NCBI GenBank assembly: GCA_965203905.1
Contig: CBDBDQ010000005.1
Span: 6,688,001-6,752,000, forward strand
Length of the DNA stretch: 64,000 nt
Source of the DNA: Spirochaetia bacterium
GTDB taxonomy: Bacteria; Spirochaetota; Spirochaetia; SZUA-6; Bin103
Reading direction: 5' to 3'
Shown here: positions 49,141-59,371 of the stretch, piece after piece
Numbering within the stretch: position 1 is the stretch's first letter
How the letters are laid out: every line of letters begins with the position of its first letter
The notes under the pieces: generated by a model
Seen by the model: the letters and a program-made list of their open reading frames with translations, nothing else
Databases searched by the model: none
Told to the model about the DNA's origin: nothing
Position numbers and translations under genes: made by a program

Positions 49141-50247
49141 GTGCAGGCCGACGCGGACAGCGGGGCCGCCCAGCTCCAGCGCTTTGCGCGCGAGTTCGCC
49201 ACGGCGGCGCAGTGGCGGCAGCGCGCCGCGCGCGTACGCCGGGGAGTGCTGTGCGGCATGCAGCTCGCCGCGCCGCCGAAGGCGCCGCTGGACCCGCTCG
49301 TCCACAGCGAGCGGGAGGGCGACGGCTACCGCGTCGCCAACGTGGCCTTCGAGAGCCTGCCGGGCTTCTTCGTCACCGGCAACCTCTACCGGCCGCTGCA
49401 GCCCCCTGCGCCCGGCGGCGCGCATGCCGGAATGCTGTGTCCGCACGGGCACTTCCCCGGCGGAAGGTTCCGCCCCGACCTGCAGCGCCGCTGCGCCGCG
49501 CTGGCGCGCATGGGAGCGGTGGTGTTCGCCTACGACATGGTGGGCTGGGGCGAGTCGCGGCAGGTGGACCACAACCACGACCCGTACGTGCTCACGCTGC
49601 AGTGCTGGAACAGCATCCGTGGCATCGACTTCCTGCTGTCCCTGGGAGAGGTGGACCCCGACCGCATCGGCATCACCGGCGCCTCGGGTGGCGGCACCCA
49701 GACCTTCCTGCTGGCGGCGCTGGACCAACGGGTGCGGGTCTCGATCCCCGTGGTGATGGTATCCGCCCACTTCCCCGGCGGCTGCAACTGCGAGAGCGGC
49801 CTGCCGATTCGCCACGGCCCAAACCACGAGACCAACAACGCCGACATCGCCGCCCTGGCCGCGCCGCGCCCGCAACTCCTGATCTCCGTCACCTGGCGCC
49901 GAGAGGGCACCGGGCGCAGGAAGGACCAATCCTGCAACACCCCCGAGGTCGAGTTCCCCTACCTCCGTCGCGTGTACCGCCTGCTCGGCGCGGAGGACAA
50001 CGTCGCCAACCTGCACCTCGCCGACGAGGGTCACGACTACGGCTTCAACAAGCGAGTGGGTGCCTACGCGTTCTGCGCACAGCACCTGGATCTGGAGCTG
50101 GCCGCCATACAGAACCGCACGGGCCAAGTCGACGAATCGTTCGTCCGCCTCCTGGATGAGACCGACTTGAGGGTGTGGGACGCGGAACACCCGCCTCCGG
50201 CCGCCCCGCTGAGCGGCGCCGCCCTACTGGACCTGCCTCCCGCGTAG
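49141..50247 (+). CDS. Acetylxylan-esterase-like alpha/beta hydrolase
   Basis: ESLPG..VTGNLY.P, CPHGH, GASGGG nucleophile elbow, GCNCE, HDY; start uncertain. Confidence 0.82.
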   Translation: MQADADSGAAQLQRFAREFATAAQWRQRAARVRRGVLCGMQLAAPPKAPLDPLVHSEREGDGYRVANVAFESLPGFFVTGNLYRPLQPPAPGGAHAGMLCPHGHFPGGRFRPDLQRRCAALARMGAVVFAYDMVGWGESRQVDHNHDPYVLTLQCWNSIRGIDFLLSLGEVDPDRIGITGASGGGTQTFLLAALDQRVRVSIPVVMVSAHFPGGCNCESGLPIRHGPNHETNNADIAALAAPRPQLLISVTWRREGTGRRKDQSCNTPEVEFPYLRRVYRLLGAEDNVANLHLADEGHDYGFNKRVGAYAFCAQHLDLELAAIQNRTGQVDESFVRLLDETDLRVWDAEHPPPAAPLSGAALLDLPPA

Positions 50248-50349
50248 CGAGCCATGTCAACTCGGGCCAGCGTCCCGTAGCCGAGTATCACTTGCTACGG
50301 AATCCGCGGAATCGTTGACGAACCACTGGGGATGCGCGACAGTCCCACC

Positions 50350-50583
50350 ATGGCAACTGTCCGAGCTGATGCAAAGAAGCGGGTCGTCATCCCTGCTGCC
50401 CAGCCTGGAGAAACCTTCGAACTCCAGAGTCAGGGGGCGGGACGGTTCCTCCTCGTCCGACTGTCGGCTCCTCAGGAAGCGCCAACGAAGACCAGAGAAG
50501 AGTGCCTTGCGTCCATAGCGGAGAATCCCCTTCGGCTTCGACTTTCGTGGGAGGAACTGCGACGACAGACTCGGGAGCCATGA
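50350..50583 (+). CDS. AbrB/MazE-like antitoxin
   Basis: MATVRADAKKRVVIPAAQPGETF; ATGA overlap with the PIN gene; TGGGA...TCCCA palindrome upstream. Confidence 0.7.
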   Translation: MATVRADAKKRVVIPAAQPGETFELQSQGAGRFLLVRLSAPQEAPTKTREECLASIAENPLRLRLSWEELRRQTREP

Positions 50584-50966
50584 CCCTGCTGGACACCAAC
50601 GTGCTCATCTATGCCTCCCAGGCCGATGCTGTGCATCATGATTGGGCACGCCTCACCGTAGCTGATGCTGTGGCATCAGAAGGCGCCGCCATCAACGCTG
50701 TCAGCGTCGCCGAAATCTGCGTTGGGGCGGACCATGCCGCCACCGAGATCGGACGCGTTCGGGCTTGGGGTGTGGAGATTCTTGATGTACCCGGCGCGGC
50801 AGCAGAAGTATGTGCGGCTGCATATCGCCGATATCGAGAACGAAGGCGGTTGCAGTCAGGACTTGAGTCGCCAGCAATCCCGCCGAGATTATGGATTGGC
50901 CGCTCGCGACCGCAGATCGATCCAGAGTCGCGGCTTATTTCCCATCGGTACGCCTGATCACACCGT
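50580..50966 (+). pseudogene. PIN/VapC toxin with internal deletion and frameshift
   Basis: LLDTNVLIY...AEI; the LPDFFIGAH segment is missing; the C-terminus (IMDWPLATAD...YFPSVRLITP) continues in another frame. Confidence 0.75.
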
Positions 50967-51162
50967 TTCCCGAGCCGGTGCATCCCGAATCACCGACCAT
51001 CTCCGAGCCAACCGGTAGTCCGCGGACAGAAATCGAGGGGAATGGCAATCACGGTGGCAGGGAGTAGTAACCCGTGGCGAACTCGCGCGGCGCTTCAGCT
51101 CAGCTCGGGATGCGACCCGTTCATTTCTGCTCCTCGCCAAACCGTCAGTTTCATGTGACCGG

Positions 51163-52344
51163 CTACGTGGCGGGGCGCCAGCGGATCAGGGCGCCGGCGT
51201 TGCGGTAGTTGCCGTAGGCGGTGAGGATCGAGCCGTCGCCCACGGAGATGGAGAACTGGTGGCCGCACGCCACCTCGTACCACCGCTCCGCGCCGGTGGC
51301 GGCGAAGTCGTCCACCACGTAGCGGTGCTCCAGGTCCCAGGTGACGCCGTGGTCGCGGCTGACGACGGCGTCGCAGCCGCGGCGGTGGGTGGCCAGGTCG
51401 CCGGCCCCGAAGTCGAGGCGGCGGATGACCGTGAGCACCAGGTCGTCATTGGGCAGCCGCAGCAGGGTGGCGTGGTGGCGGCCGGGGCCGAACACGAAGT
51501 CCAGCGGTGTCCAGCTCGCGCCCGCGTCCTTGCTGATGGAGACCGCGGTGCCCTCGAAGTTGTCGTAGTGCAGCGGGATGTAGCGCGCCGGCATATCGGT
51601 GCGCAGGGCGGCGACGATCCAGCCGTTGGCGGCGCGCACCAGGGCACCCTCACCTACCCCGCGCTCCACCCGCTCGCCGTTGAAGCGATCGTACCACACC
51701 CACTCCCGCGGCCAGCTCACCGGACCCCAGGTGCGGCCGCCGTCCTGCGACCAGCGGATGCAGCCGCAGCAGGGGTTCTGCGGCAGCGGGCCCTTGGACA
51801 CCGTCTGGCCGGTCTCCGCGACCAGCGTGGCGTTGCCGGTGGCATCGCGGTCGATCAGGGCGTTGCCCTCACAGTCCATCTGGGTGCCGTCGGGCGCCGG
51901 CGGCAGGCGCTCGCCGCGCTCCCAGGTGTGCCCGCGGTCACGGCTGTAGTAGCGGAAGTTGCCCGCGTCCGACCAACTCGACATGAAGCTGAGCACGCCG
52001 CCGCCGAGATGGGCCAGCAGCATCGGCCGCGTCGAGCAGTCCGGCACCTCGACGTACGTCCAGCTCGCGCCCGCGTCTTCGCTGAGCCCGATCACGGTCT
52101 GGTTGGACTGCGCCAGGGTCATGGAGCCGGCCACGCCGGCCACCGCCCAGTTGCCGTTGTCCAGCACCGCAAGGCCCCAGGGAAACACCGGGCGTTCGCC
52201 GTGCCGCGGCAGGAAGCGGAACGCCGCCGGGTGGCCGATCTGGCCGCCCGCGCCGTCATGCTGCAGCACCCAGTGCTCGCGCCAGCCGAGCTGGTCGCGG
52301 CTCGGGGTGGCCGGAAGCTGGTCGCTGGTCAGGGGTCGCTGCAT
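51163..52344 (-). CDS. BNR/Asp-box sialidase-fold protein
   Basis: Five Asp boxes: SEDAGASW, SRDRGHTW, SQDGGRTW, SKDAGASW, SRDHGVTW. Confidence 0.85.
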   Translation of the reverse strand: MQRPLTSDQLPATPSRDQLGWREHWVLQHDGAGGQIGHPAAFRFLPRHGERPVFPWGLAVLDNGNWAVAGVAGSMTLAQSNQTVIGLSEDAGASWTYVEVPDCSTRPMLLAHLGGGVLSFMSSWSDAGNFRYYSRDRGHTWERGERLPPAPDGTQMDCEGNALIDRDATGNATLVAETGQTVSKGPLPQNPCCGCIRWSQDGGRTWGPVSWPREWVWYDRFNGERVERGVGEGALVRAANGWIVAALRTDMPARYIPLHYDNFEGTAVSISKDAGASWTPLDFVFGPGRHHATLLRLPNDDLVLTVIRRLDFGAGDLATHRRGCDAVVSRDHGVTWDLEHRYVVDDFAATGAERWYEVACGHQFSISVGDGSILTAYGNYRNAGALIRWRPAT

Positions 52345-52432
52345 CGCTCACTCCTCCTGCGGGCCGGTTCAGATACTAGTAACGCGGCCACACACGTCGC
52401 GCAACTGCGCCGCTCGACCAGCGCCGAAGCGC

Positions 52433-54064
52433 TCAGCGGGCGCCGCCGGGAAGGCGGAACGAGTACAGCTCGGCGTCGCGCAGCAGGAAACGGATGCGCC
52501 GGAAGCGGGGCACCTCCGCCGCTCCCGGACCCGCCGGGCCGCGCAACTCGGTACGCCCGTTCCAGCGCAGCACGTGCTCGACCGCGTCGCCGTGGAACGG
52601 GTCGCAGTCGTCCACGGAGTAGCCGGGGATCACCGCCCCCGCCTCATCCAGCAGCTCGGCGCGCAGGGAGCCGCGCCCGCGGCAGGCGGCGTTGACCACC
52701 AGGGTATCGCCCCACGACAACAGCGGCTGCGTCACCAGCACCCCCTCGCGTACCGGGTTCGCGCCGAGGGAGACGAAGCCGTCACGGCGCAGGCGCGCCA
52801 GGCCCAGCCCGTAGCCGACCGCGTCCCAGTCCCACACCTCGGGCACCGCGCGCCACGCCTCCGGATCGTCGCGCGCCTCGTTGCCGCCGGCGAACCACCA
52901 GTCGTGGTGGTTGTGCGAGCCGCCGTGGTACACCCACAACTCGTCTCCCATCGCCACCGGGGGGCTCGGCACCGTGACCATGAACTCGTTCCAGGAACCG
53001 GGGGCACCGCGCCGCAGCCAGGGCCGGCCCGGGGCGATGCGGCGCCACGAGCGCCCGTCCCGGCTGTGCACGAGCTGCACGTCCATGGTGTTGCTCACCA
53101 TGTGGAACACGTTGAGAAAGCCCACCCACTGCCCGTCGAGGCGCAGCGGCGTCATGCCGTAGAACGCGTCGTCGATGTTGTCGAGCGCGGGATCGGGGGC
53201 CAGGATCGGGCGCGGCTCGCTCCAATGCAGGAAGTCGCGGCTCTCGATAAGGAAGATGCGGCGCCGGCCCTGGCGGGTGGCGGCCCCCAGCGCGGCGTCG
53301 AAGCCCGGTTCGCCGCCCACCCCCGGCCAGCCGCGCGGCGGCGGGCGCAGGTGGCCGCGTCCCGGGACCGACCGGTAGTAGGGATGGCGGGTCGCCGCGA
53401 GGTGGGTCCGCGAGTCCGGATCGAACGCCAGGATGGTGACGTCGCCGCGTTCCCGGCCCAGGCGGCCGAACACCGGTGCCTCGGCGTACGGCGTGAGGTG
53501 GATGCCGTCCGCGGAGTAGGCGGCGTGCACGGTGAAGCGGGACTCGTTCTCGGCGACCGGCACGATGCGCGTGTACAGGGTCTTGAAGCGGCGCCGCGGG
53601 TCGCGTTCCAGGGGATCGTCGACGATGCAGATGTCATACACCGAGCCGTAGTCCTCGGTCCCGAACACGATGTTGGTGTCGCGGCCGGCCTCGGGCTGAA
53701 TGCCCATGGGCGGCTTGACCCAGTCGATGCCGTCGTCGGAGCAGGCGTAGAGCTGGCGCAGGCGCGCGTTCTCCCAGCCGTGGGAGCCGCCGCCGCGGCT
53801 CCACAGCCGTTCCCGGTCCAGCTTGAAGTCGGTGTAGAAGCAGTGGAAGCGGCCGCTGTCGGGGTCGCGCCGCAGGTTCCAGGAGTTGCACGAGAAGTAG
53901 GTCACGTGCTCCCACGGCCGGTCGCGGCGGATCAGCGGGCTGCGCGCATCGGGGACCGGATGGTGGATGCTCCTGGTGAGATGGTCGGCGACCTCGACCA
54001 CGACATCGTCGAAGAAGAACTGCGGCTGATCGCCGATGAACAGGACCGTGCTGTCGATTGCCAC
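52433..54064 (-). CDS. Beta-propeller glycoside-hydrolase-like protein (GH32/43/130-like)
   Basis: FFDD, SDDGIDWVKP, SRDFLHWS, SRDGRSW, LARLRRDGFVSL. Confidence 0.7.
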   Translation of the reverse strand: MAIDSTVLFIGDQPQFFFDDVVVEVADHLTRSIHHPVPDARSPLIRRDRPWEHVTYFSCNSWNLRRDPDSGRFHCFYTDFKLDRERLWSRGGGSHGWENARLRQLYACSDDGIDWVKPPMGIQPEAGRDTNIVFGTEDYGSVYDICIVDDPLERDPRRRFKTLYTRIVPVAENESRFTVHAAYSADGIHLTPYAEAPVFGRLGRERGDVTILAFDPDSRTHLAATRHPYYRSVPGRGHLRPPPRGWPGVGGEPGFDAALGAATRQGRRRIFLIESRDFLHWSEPRPILAPDPALDNIDDAFYGMTPLRLDGQWVGFLNVFHMVSNTMDVQLVHSRDGRSWRRIAPGRPWLRRGAPGSWNEFMVTVPSPPVAMGDELWVYHGGSHNHHDWWFAGGNEARDDPEAWRAVPEVWDWDAVGYGLGLARLRRDGFVSLGANPVREGVLVTQPLLSWGDTLVVNAACRGRGSLRAELLDEAGAVIPGYSVDDCDPFHGDAVEHVLRWNGRTELRGPAGPGAAEVPRFRRIRFLLRDAELYSFRLPGGAR

Positions 54065-54160
54065 GCCGCTATCACCTCCCCGCAAGAGTGGCTGCGCCAC
54101 TCCTGGCAGCGCCACCCCACTACTTAGCCACAGCGCGCGCAGTTGGTACAGTTGGATGCC

Positions 54161-55750
54161 GTGACCGACCTGCAGATCGCGACCGCGACCGATCCCGCGC
54201 CACCCTACCTGCTGGGCATCGACATCGGCACCACCAACCTCAAGGCCAACCTGTACGACGTGGCCGGTCGCCGGGTCGCCGCCGCCTCGCGGCCCACGGT
54301 CGCGCGGCATCCGCACCCCGGGAACCCCGACTGGGCGGTGTACTCGCCGGACGACCTGTGGCGCGACACGGTGGCGAACATCCGCCAGGTCACCAGCCAG
54401 GTGGCACAGCCGGAGACGATCGCGGCCCTGGCCATCACCGGCATGGGCGAGCCGATTGTCCCGCTGGACCGCGGCGGCGACTGGCTGCACCCGGCGATCT
54501 GCTGGTTCGACCGCCGCACCGAGCCGCAGGCGCGCTGGTGGCGGGAGCAGTTCGGCGCACGCCGCATCTATTCCATCACCGGCCAGCCGGTGAGCTTCCT
54601 GCTGTCCCTCAACGCCATGCTGTGGTTCCGCGAGCACGAGCCGGAGGTATTCCGGCGGGCGCACCGGTGGCTGGTGGTGGAGGACTATCTCAACTACCGG
54701 CTGACCGGAGCCTGCGCTACGGACTATTCCATCGCCAGCCGCACCATGGGCTTCGACGTCGTCCGCAAGCGCTGGTCGGAGGAGATCTTCGCGGCGGCGG
54801 ACCTCGACCCCGCCGTGATGCCGGACCCCTTCGTAAGCGGTACGCCGCTCGGCAGCGTGCGCCCCGAGGCCGCGGAACTGACCGGATTGGCACCTGAAAC
54901 CATTGTAGCTACTGGTGGCCACGACCATGGATGCGCCAGTTTGCCCGCGGGAGTGCAGCGCCCGGACTCGATCCTGAACTCCACGGGCACCTGCGACGTG
55001 ATGCTCGGGGTGCTCGACGCCCCGCTGCTGAGCGACGCCGCCTACGCGGCGGCAATCCCGGTCTACCCGCACCCGCTGCCGGGGAAATACCAGGTGATGG
55101 ACAGCATCCTGTTCGGCGCCGGCGCCCTGGACTGGTATCTGGACCGCTTCGGAACCGGGTTCAGCGCCGCCGCGAAGCACACCGGAGCCAACGTATACGA
55201 CCTGCTGCTGGAGTCCGCCGCGCAGGCCCCGGCCCGTGCCGGCGGTCTGTTCTGGCTGCCCAACGCACGCGGCGTCCCCACCGACGCGGCCGCCCGCGGC
55301 GCTTTCGTGGGGATCCGCGACTCGCATACCGGCGGCGACTTCGTGCGCGCGCTGGTGGAGGGAATCTGCTACGAGATCCGGCTTCGCATCGACACCTTCG
55401 AACGCCTGTTCGACACCTCCGTGGAGCGCGTGGTGGTGGTGGGCGGGACCTCGCGCTCGGCGTTCTGGACCCAGTTGCGGGCCGACGTGACGGGACGCCC
55501 CGTGGAAGTGCTGGACACCGTGGAGGCCGCCTCGCTCGGCGCGGCGCTGCTGGCCGGCATGGCCGCCGGGGTGTACGCCGACTACGCGGATGCCGCGGCG
55601 CACGCCCACCGCGTACGGCACGTGTTCGAGCCTGAGCGCGACCGCCACGAGCAGTACGACCGGTGCTACCGCCAGGTGTATCGCCACATCGCCGGCGCAT
55701 TGCATGGGGTCGACCGCGCCATCGCCGCAATCTTTCCGCCGCAGGAGTAG
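54161..55750 (+). CDS. FGGY family carbohydrate kinase (xylulokinase-like)
   Basis: LGIDIGTT, CWFDRR, DYSIASRT, GGHDH, GAALLAG. Confidence 0.9.
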   Translation: MTDLQIATATDPAPPYLLGIDIGTTNLKANLYDVAGRRVAAASRPTVARHPHPGNPDWAVYSPDDLWRDTVANIRQVTSQVAQPETIAALAITGMGEPIVPLDRGGDWLHPAICWFDRRTEPQARWWREQFGARRIYSITGQPVSFLLSLNAMLWFREHEPEVFRRAHRWLVVEDYLNYRLTGACATDYSIASRTMGFDVVRKRWSEEIFAAADLDPAVMPDPFVSGTPLGSVRPEAAELTGLAPETIVATGGHDHGCASLPAGVQRPDSILNSTGTCDVMLGVLDAPLLSDAAYAAAIPVYPHPLPGKYQVMDSILFGAGALDWYLDRFGTGFSAAAKHTGANVYDLLLESAAQAPARAGGLFWLPNARGVPTDAAARGAFVGIRDSHTGGDFVRALVEGICYEIRLRIDTFERLFDTSVERVVVVGGTSRSAFWTQLRADVTGRPVEVLDTVEAASLGAALLAGMAAGVYADYADAAAHAHRVRHVFEPERDRHEQYDRCYRQVYRHIAGALHGVDRAIAAIFPPQE

Positions 55751-55809
55751 CCGTCCAACCGTCACCGGCTACTGGCCGAGCCGGGTGGGGAGCGGTAGAG
55801 TGCGCGGCC

Positions 55810-56913
55810 ATGGACGACGTTCGCATCGGCATCATCGGCATCGGCGGAATGGGCAGCCACCACGCGCGCTACCTGCTCGACGGCAAGGTGCGCGGGGCCA
55901 CCCTTGCCGCCGTCTGCGACGCCGCGGCCGAGCGGCTCGCGGCCGCACGCGCGGAGCTGGACCCCAACCTTCAGTGCTTCCTCGATCTGGATGAATTCCT
56001 GGCCGCCGGCGTGGCCGACGCCGTGCTCATCGCCACCACCCATTACCACCATCCCGCCATCGCCGTCCAATGCTTCGAGCACGGCCTGCACGTGCTGACC
56101 GAGAAGCCGGCCGGCGTCTACACCCGCCAAGTACGCGAAATGAACGAGGCCGCGGACGCCAGCGGCAAGGTGTTCGCCATCATGTACAACCAGCGCACCG
56201 ACCCGCTCTATCGCCGGTTGCGCGCGATGGTGGCGGGCGGCGAGCTGGGCGAGCTCAAGCGCAGCAACTGGATCGCCACCTCCTGGTACCGGCCGCAGAG
56301 CTACTACGATTCAGGCGGCTGGCGCGCCACCTGGGCCGGCGAAGGGGGCGGCGTGCTGCTCAACCAGGCCCCCCACCAGCTCGATCTGTGGCAGTGGTGC
56401 TGCGGCATGCCGCGGCGGCTGCGCGCGTTCTGCTACTTCGGCAAGTATCACGCGATCGAGGTGGAGGACGACGTCACCGCCTTCGTGGAGTACCCCAATG
56501 GGGCGACCGGGGTGTTCGTCACCGGTACCGGCGACGCCCCCGGCAGCAACCGCCTGGAGGTGATCGGCGACCGCGGCAAGGTGGTGATCGAGGACGGGAC
56601 GCTGACGTTCTGGAAGCTCACCGTTCCCGAGCGCGAGTTCAACCGTCGTCGCGATGCCGGGATGGGTGGTCCGGAGGCGATCCGCACCGAGTTTCGGCCC
56701 GAGGTCAGGGCCACCGGGCACGCCGGCATCACCCAGAATTTCGTGGACGCGATCAGGGACGGGGCCGGACTGCTGGCGCCCGGAGTGGAGGGGATCCACG
56801 GCCTGGCGCTGGCCAACTCGATGCTGCTCTCGGCGTGGAGCGACGACTGGGTCCCGGTCCCACCGGACGAAGACCGCTACTTCGATAGCCTGCAGGAGCG
56901 GATTCGGAGTTAG
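55810..56913 (+). CDS. Gfo/Idh/MocA oxidoreductase
   Basis: IGIIGIGGMG, EKPAG, GGGVLLNQAPHQLD. Confidence 0.92.
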   Translation: MDDVRIGIIGIGGMGSHHARYLLDGKVRGATLAAVCDAAAERLAAARAELDPNLQCFLDLDEFLAAGVADAVLIATTHYHHPAIAVQCFEHGLHVLTEKPAGVYTRQVREMNEAADASGKVFAIMYNQRTDPLYRRLRAMVAGGELGELKRSNWIATSWYRPQSYYDSGGWRATWAGEGGGVLLNQAPHQLDLWQWCCGMPRRLRAFCYFGKYHAIEVEDDVTAFVEYPNGATGVFVTGTGDAPGSNRLEVIGDRGKVVIEDGTLTFWKLTVPEREFNRRRDAGMGGPEAIRTEFRPEVRATGHAGITQNFVDAIRDGAGLLAPGVEGIHGLALANSMLLSAWSDDWVPVPPDEDRYFDSLQERIRS

Positions 56914-56917
56914 TAGC

Positions 56918-57757
56918 TCAGTTCGCGCTGGCGAAGGTCGACGCCGCGCCGGTCGCCGGCTGGTTCTCCAGCCGCGACAGGTAGTAGCCGAGGTCGAAGG
57001 TGTCGTCGCGGGTGAGGAAGCGCCAGAACCTGATGCGGTTCACGTGCTCCAGCCGATCCTCGTTTCCATACCAGTGGTGATCCCGCATCAGCACCCGGGA
57101 GATCTCCGGATCGTCCAGGTCGCCGGTGTTCCACAGCAACTGCTGCGCCACGGTCGGATTCAGCCGCAGCTTGAACATGTACCGGTTCTGGCGCGTCAGG
57201 TTGGCCTGGGCGCAGTGCCAGATGCCGTGATGGACCACGAACACGGTGCCCGCCTTGCACACGATCGGGTACTGGTTGAGGAAGTTGTGATAGCGGGCGA
57301 TGTCTGATTCGCTGATGCGGCGGTAGTGGCTGCCCGGCAGGATCATGGTGCCGCCCATCTCACGCGGGGTGTCGTGCGGGAAGTAGAAGAACTGGATGTC
57401 GAAGTCGAGCCGCTGATCGAGGATGTTGTCGGCATGCCAGACCTGGGCGATGCCGCGTTCCGGCGCCACGATGTGCACCGCGTGATGGTCGTAGTGCGGG
57501 TTGGGACCCACCAGACTGTGGATCATCCCCTGGATCTCCGGCAGCGAGAACACGGCGCGAATGCCGTCGTTGCGCGGCCAGGCCTTGTCCAGCGTCGCGT
57601 CCGGTCCCCGTTTCAAGGACTCGATCGCATCGCTTTCCATCTCGGCCAGGGCGGCGGCATTGAGGTGGGCCGGCACCAGCTCGTCGAAGCGGAGGAATCC
57701 GTCGGCCACGAAGTTGGCCATCTGGAGACTAGTCAGCAGGTGTTCTTTCGTGACCAT
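56918..57757 (-). CDS. PhyH family 2OG-Fe(II) dioxygenase
   Basis: FVADGF, WHAD, GGTMILPGSH, HHGIWH. Confidence 0.85.
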   Translation of the reverse strand: MVTKEHLLTSLQMANFVADGFLRFDELVPAHLNAAALAEMESDAIESLKRGPDATLDKAWPRNDGIRAVFSLPEIQGMIHSLVGPNPHYDHHAVHIVAPERGIAQVWHADNILDQRLDFDIQFFYFPHDTPREMGGTMILPGSHYRRISESDIARYHNFLNQYPIVCKAGTVFVVHHGIWHCAQANLTRQNRYMFKLRLNPTVAQQLLWNTGDLDDPEISRVLMRDHHWYGNEDRLEHVNRIRFWRFLTRDDTFDLGYYLSRLENQPATGAASTFASAN

Positions 57758-58055
57758 CGGTATCCTCCAGTTTCTCGAGGATGTACTCGTACTTCAGGAA
57801 CGACGTACTGTAACCCATGCCCGGATAGGCGGGGAACTGTTGCGGGAATTGCACCACGCGCCAGCCGTCACGCATCGCGTCGACCGCCGAGTCGTAGGGC
57901 GGGGTCGCAGCGCTGCCCGTGGGTGCCCCGTAGCGGTTGCCCTTCTCGGGCACATCCGGCTGCGCGCTGGTGCCGTCGTAGAGCGACCAAGCCACCACCC
58001 TGCTGTTGAGATCCGGGTTGTGCAGGTAGAGCACCAGGATCTTCTGCTTCCTCAC
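57729..58055 (-). CDS. Small hypothetical protein overlapping the PhyH start
   Basis: GTGA overlap with the aminotransferase stop; KILVLYL...VVAWSLYDGT...PPYDS..DAMRDGWRVVQ...FLKYEYILEK. Confidence 0.72.
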   Translation of the reverse strand: MRKQKILVLYLHNPDLNSRVVAWSLYDGTSAQPDVPEKGNRYGAPTGSAATPPYDSAVDAMRDGWRVVQFPQQFPAYPGMGYSTSFLKYEYILEKLEDTDGHERTPAD

Positions 58056-59371
58056 CGCTGCGCTTCCTCCACGGCATGCTCGAAGGCGGCGACCAGGCCG
58101 TCGACGTGCGCGGGCTGCATCGGCGTGGACAGGCTCGCCATGGTCAGCCCCGCGGGCAGATAGTACCCCCGCTCCAGCAGTGACAGGAACACGCGGCGGG
58201 TGAACTGCTGATCGGTCCCGAGCGCGGCACGGTAGGAGCGCGGTGCGCCGCCGGCGCCGACGCAGACGCCGAACACCGAGCCGGCGTTGAACGCGGCAGC
58301 GGCGAACGCGCGGCGGGCGAACATCGCGTTGAGTCCGGCTACCAGCCGCTCGGCGAGGGCGTTGAGGTCGGCGACCGCTTCCGGGGTCAGCGCGCGCAGG
58401 GTCGCCAGTCCCGCCGCCATGGTGACCGGGTGGGCGCTGTAGGTGCCGCTCTGGCCGCTTCCCTTTCCGCGTGCCGGATCGAGCAGATCCATCAGCTCGG
58501 CGCGCCCGCCGAAGGCCCCGACCGGGAACCCGCCGCCCACGACCTTGCCGAAGGCGGTGAGGTCGGGGTCGATCGCGTAGTGCTGCTGCGCCCCGCCCCA
58601 GGCCATGCGGAACGCCACGATCTCGTCGAAGATGAACGGCACCCCGCAGTCGCGGGCGACCCGGCGCACCTCGCGCACGAACTCCGGCGCCAGGTCCAGG
58701 ACACCGGCGCGAGGCTCGAACAGGATGCAGGCCAGCTCGTCGGCGTGCGCCCGCATCAGGCGCCTCACCGCGGCGGCGTCGTCCAGCGGCAGGATCAGCG
58801 CCTCGGCCAGCGCGCCCGGAGACATGCCCAGCGCCTGGGCGAAGGCGCGCGGCGCGGCGGCGGGACCGGCCCGCTCCGGGGGCGGGCTCACGCTGATCTC
58901 GACCGCGTCGTGGCTGCCGTGGTAGCAGCCCTCGAACTTTGCGATCCGGGGTCTGCCGGTGAAGGCGCGCGCCAGGCGCACCGCGTGCAGGGTCGCCTCG
59001 GTGCCGGAGTTGCAGAAGCGCACCCGCTCCAGGGAAGCGACGCGGCGGCACAGCTCCGCGCACAGCTCGGTCTCGATCCCGACCGGCGCTCCGAGCGCGC
59101 CGCCGCGCGCGAGCTGCCGCTGCACCGCCGCGGCCACCTGCGGGTGGTTGTGCCCCAGCACCAGCGCGGTGTGATGGTTGGCGCAGTCGAGGTAGCGGTG
59201 GCCGTCCACGTCCCACAGGAAGCAACCGTCGCCGCGCTCCATGGCAATCGGGAACGGCGCGAAGTAGTAGGCTCCCTTGGCGAACCCGCCGGGCGTCGCG
59301 TCCCGGTGGCGCTCGAACAGCTCGCGGGAGTTGGGATTGCGTCGGATATAGCGTTCTTCCAGCGCGCCCAT
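58052..59371 (-). CDS. Class III aminotransferase (glutamate-1-semialdehyde aminomutase-like)
   Basis: DVDGHRYLD, NSGTEAT, KFEGCYHG, FDEI, FGKVVGGGFPVG, SGTY. Confidence 0.88.
   Translation of the reverse strand: MGALEERYIRRNPNSRELFERHRDATPGGFAKGAYYFAPFPIAMERGDGCFLWDVDGHRYLDCANHHTALVLGHNHPQVAAAVQRQLARGGALGAPVGIETELCAELCRRVASLERVRFCNSGTEATLHAVRLARAFTGRPRIAKFEGCYHGSHDAVEISVSPPPERAGPAAAPRAFAQALGMSPGALAEALILPLDDAAAVRRLMRAHADELACILFEPRAGVLDLAPEFVREVRRVARDCGVPFIFDEIVAFRMAWGGAQQHYAIDPDLTAFGKVVGGGFPVGAFGGRAELMDLLDPARGKGSGQSGTYSAHPVTMAAGLATLRALTPEAVADLNALAERLVAGLNAMFARRAFAAAAFNAGSVFGVCVGAGGAPRSYRAALGTDQQFTRRVFLSLLERGYYLPAGLTMASLSTPMQPAHVDGLVAAFEHAVEEAQR

Noticed and set aside
46846-50190. 1114-aa minus-strand ORF, and similar long antisense ORFs (9867-11804, 18890-20839, 51959-54127)
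   Set aside because: Antisense shadows of recognisable genes in high-GC DNA, with no motifs of their own
52433-55765. 1110-aa ORF read as a single protein
   Set aside because: Only the part from 54064 down is protein-like; the rest is antisense to the FGGY kinase
58052-59371. hemL assignment
   Set aside because: The fold matches but the context is catabolic with no tetrapyrrole genes, so the symbol is withheld
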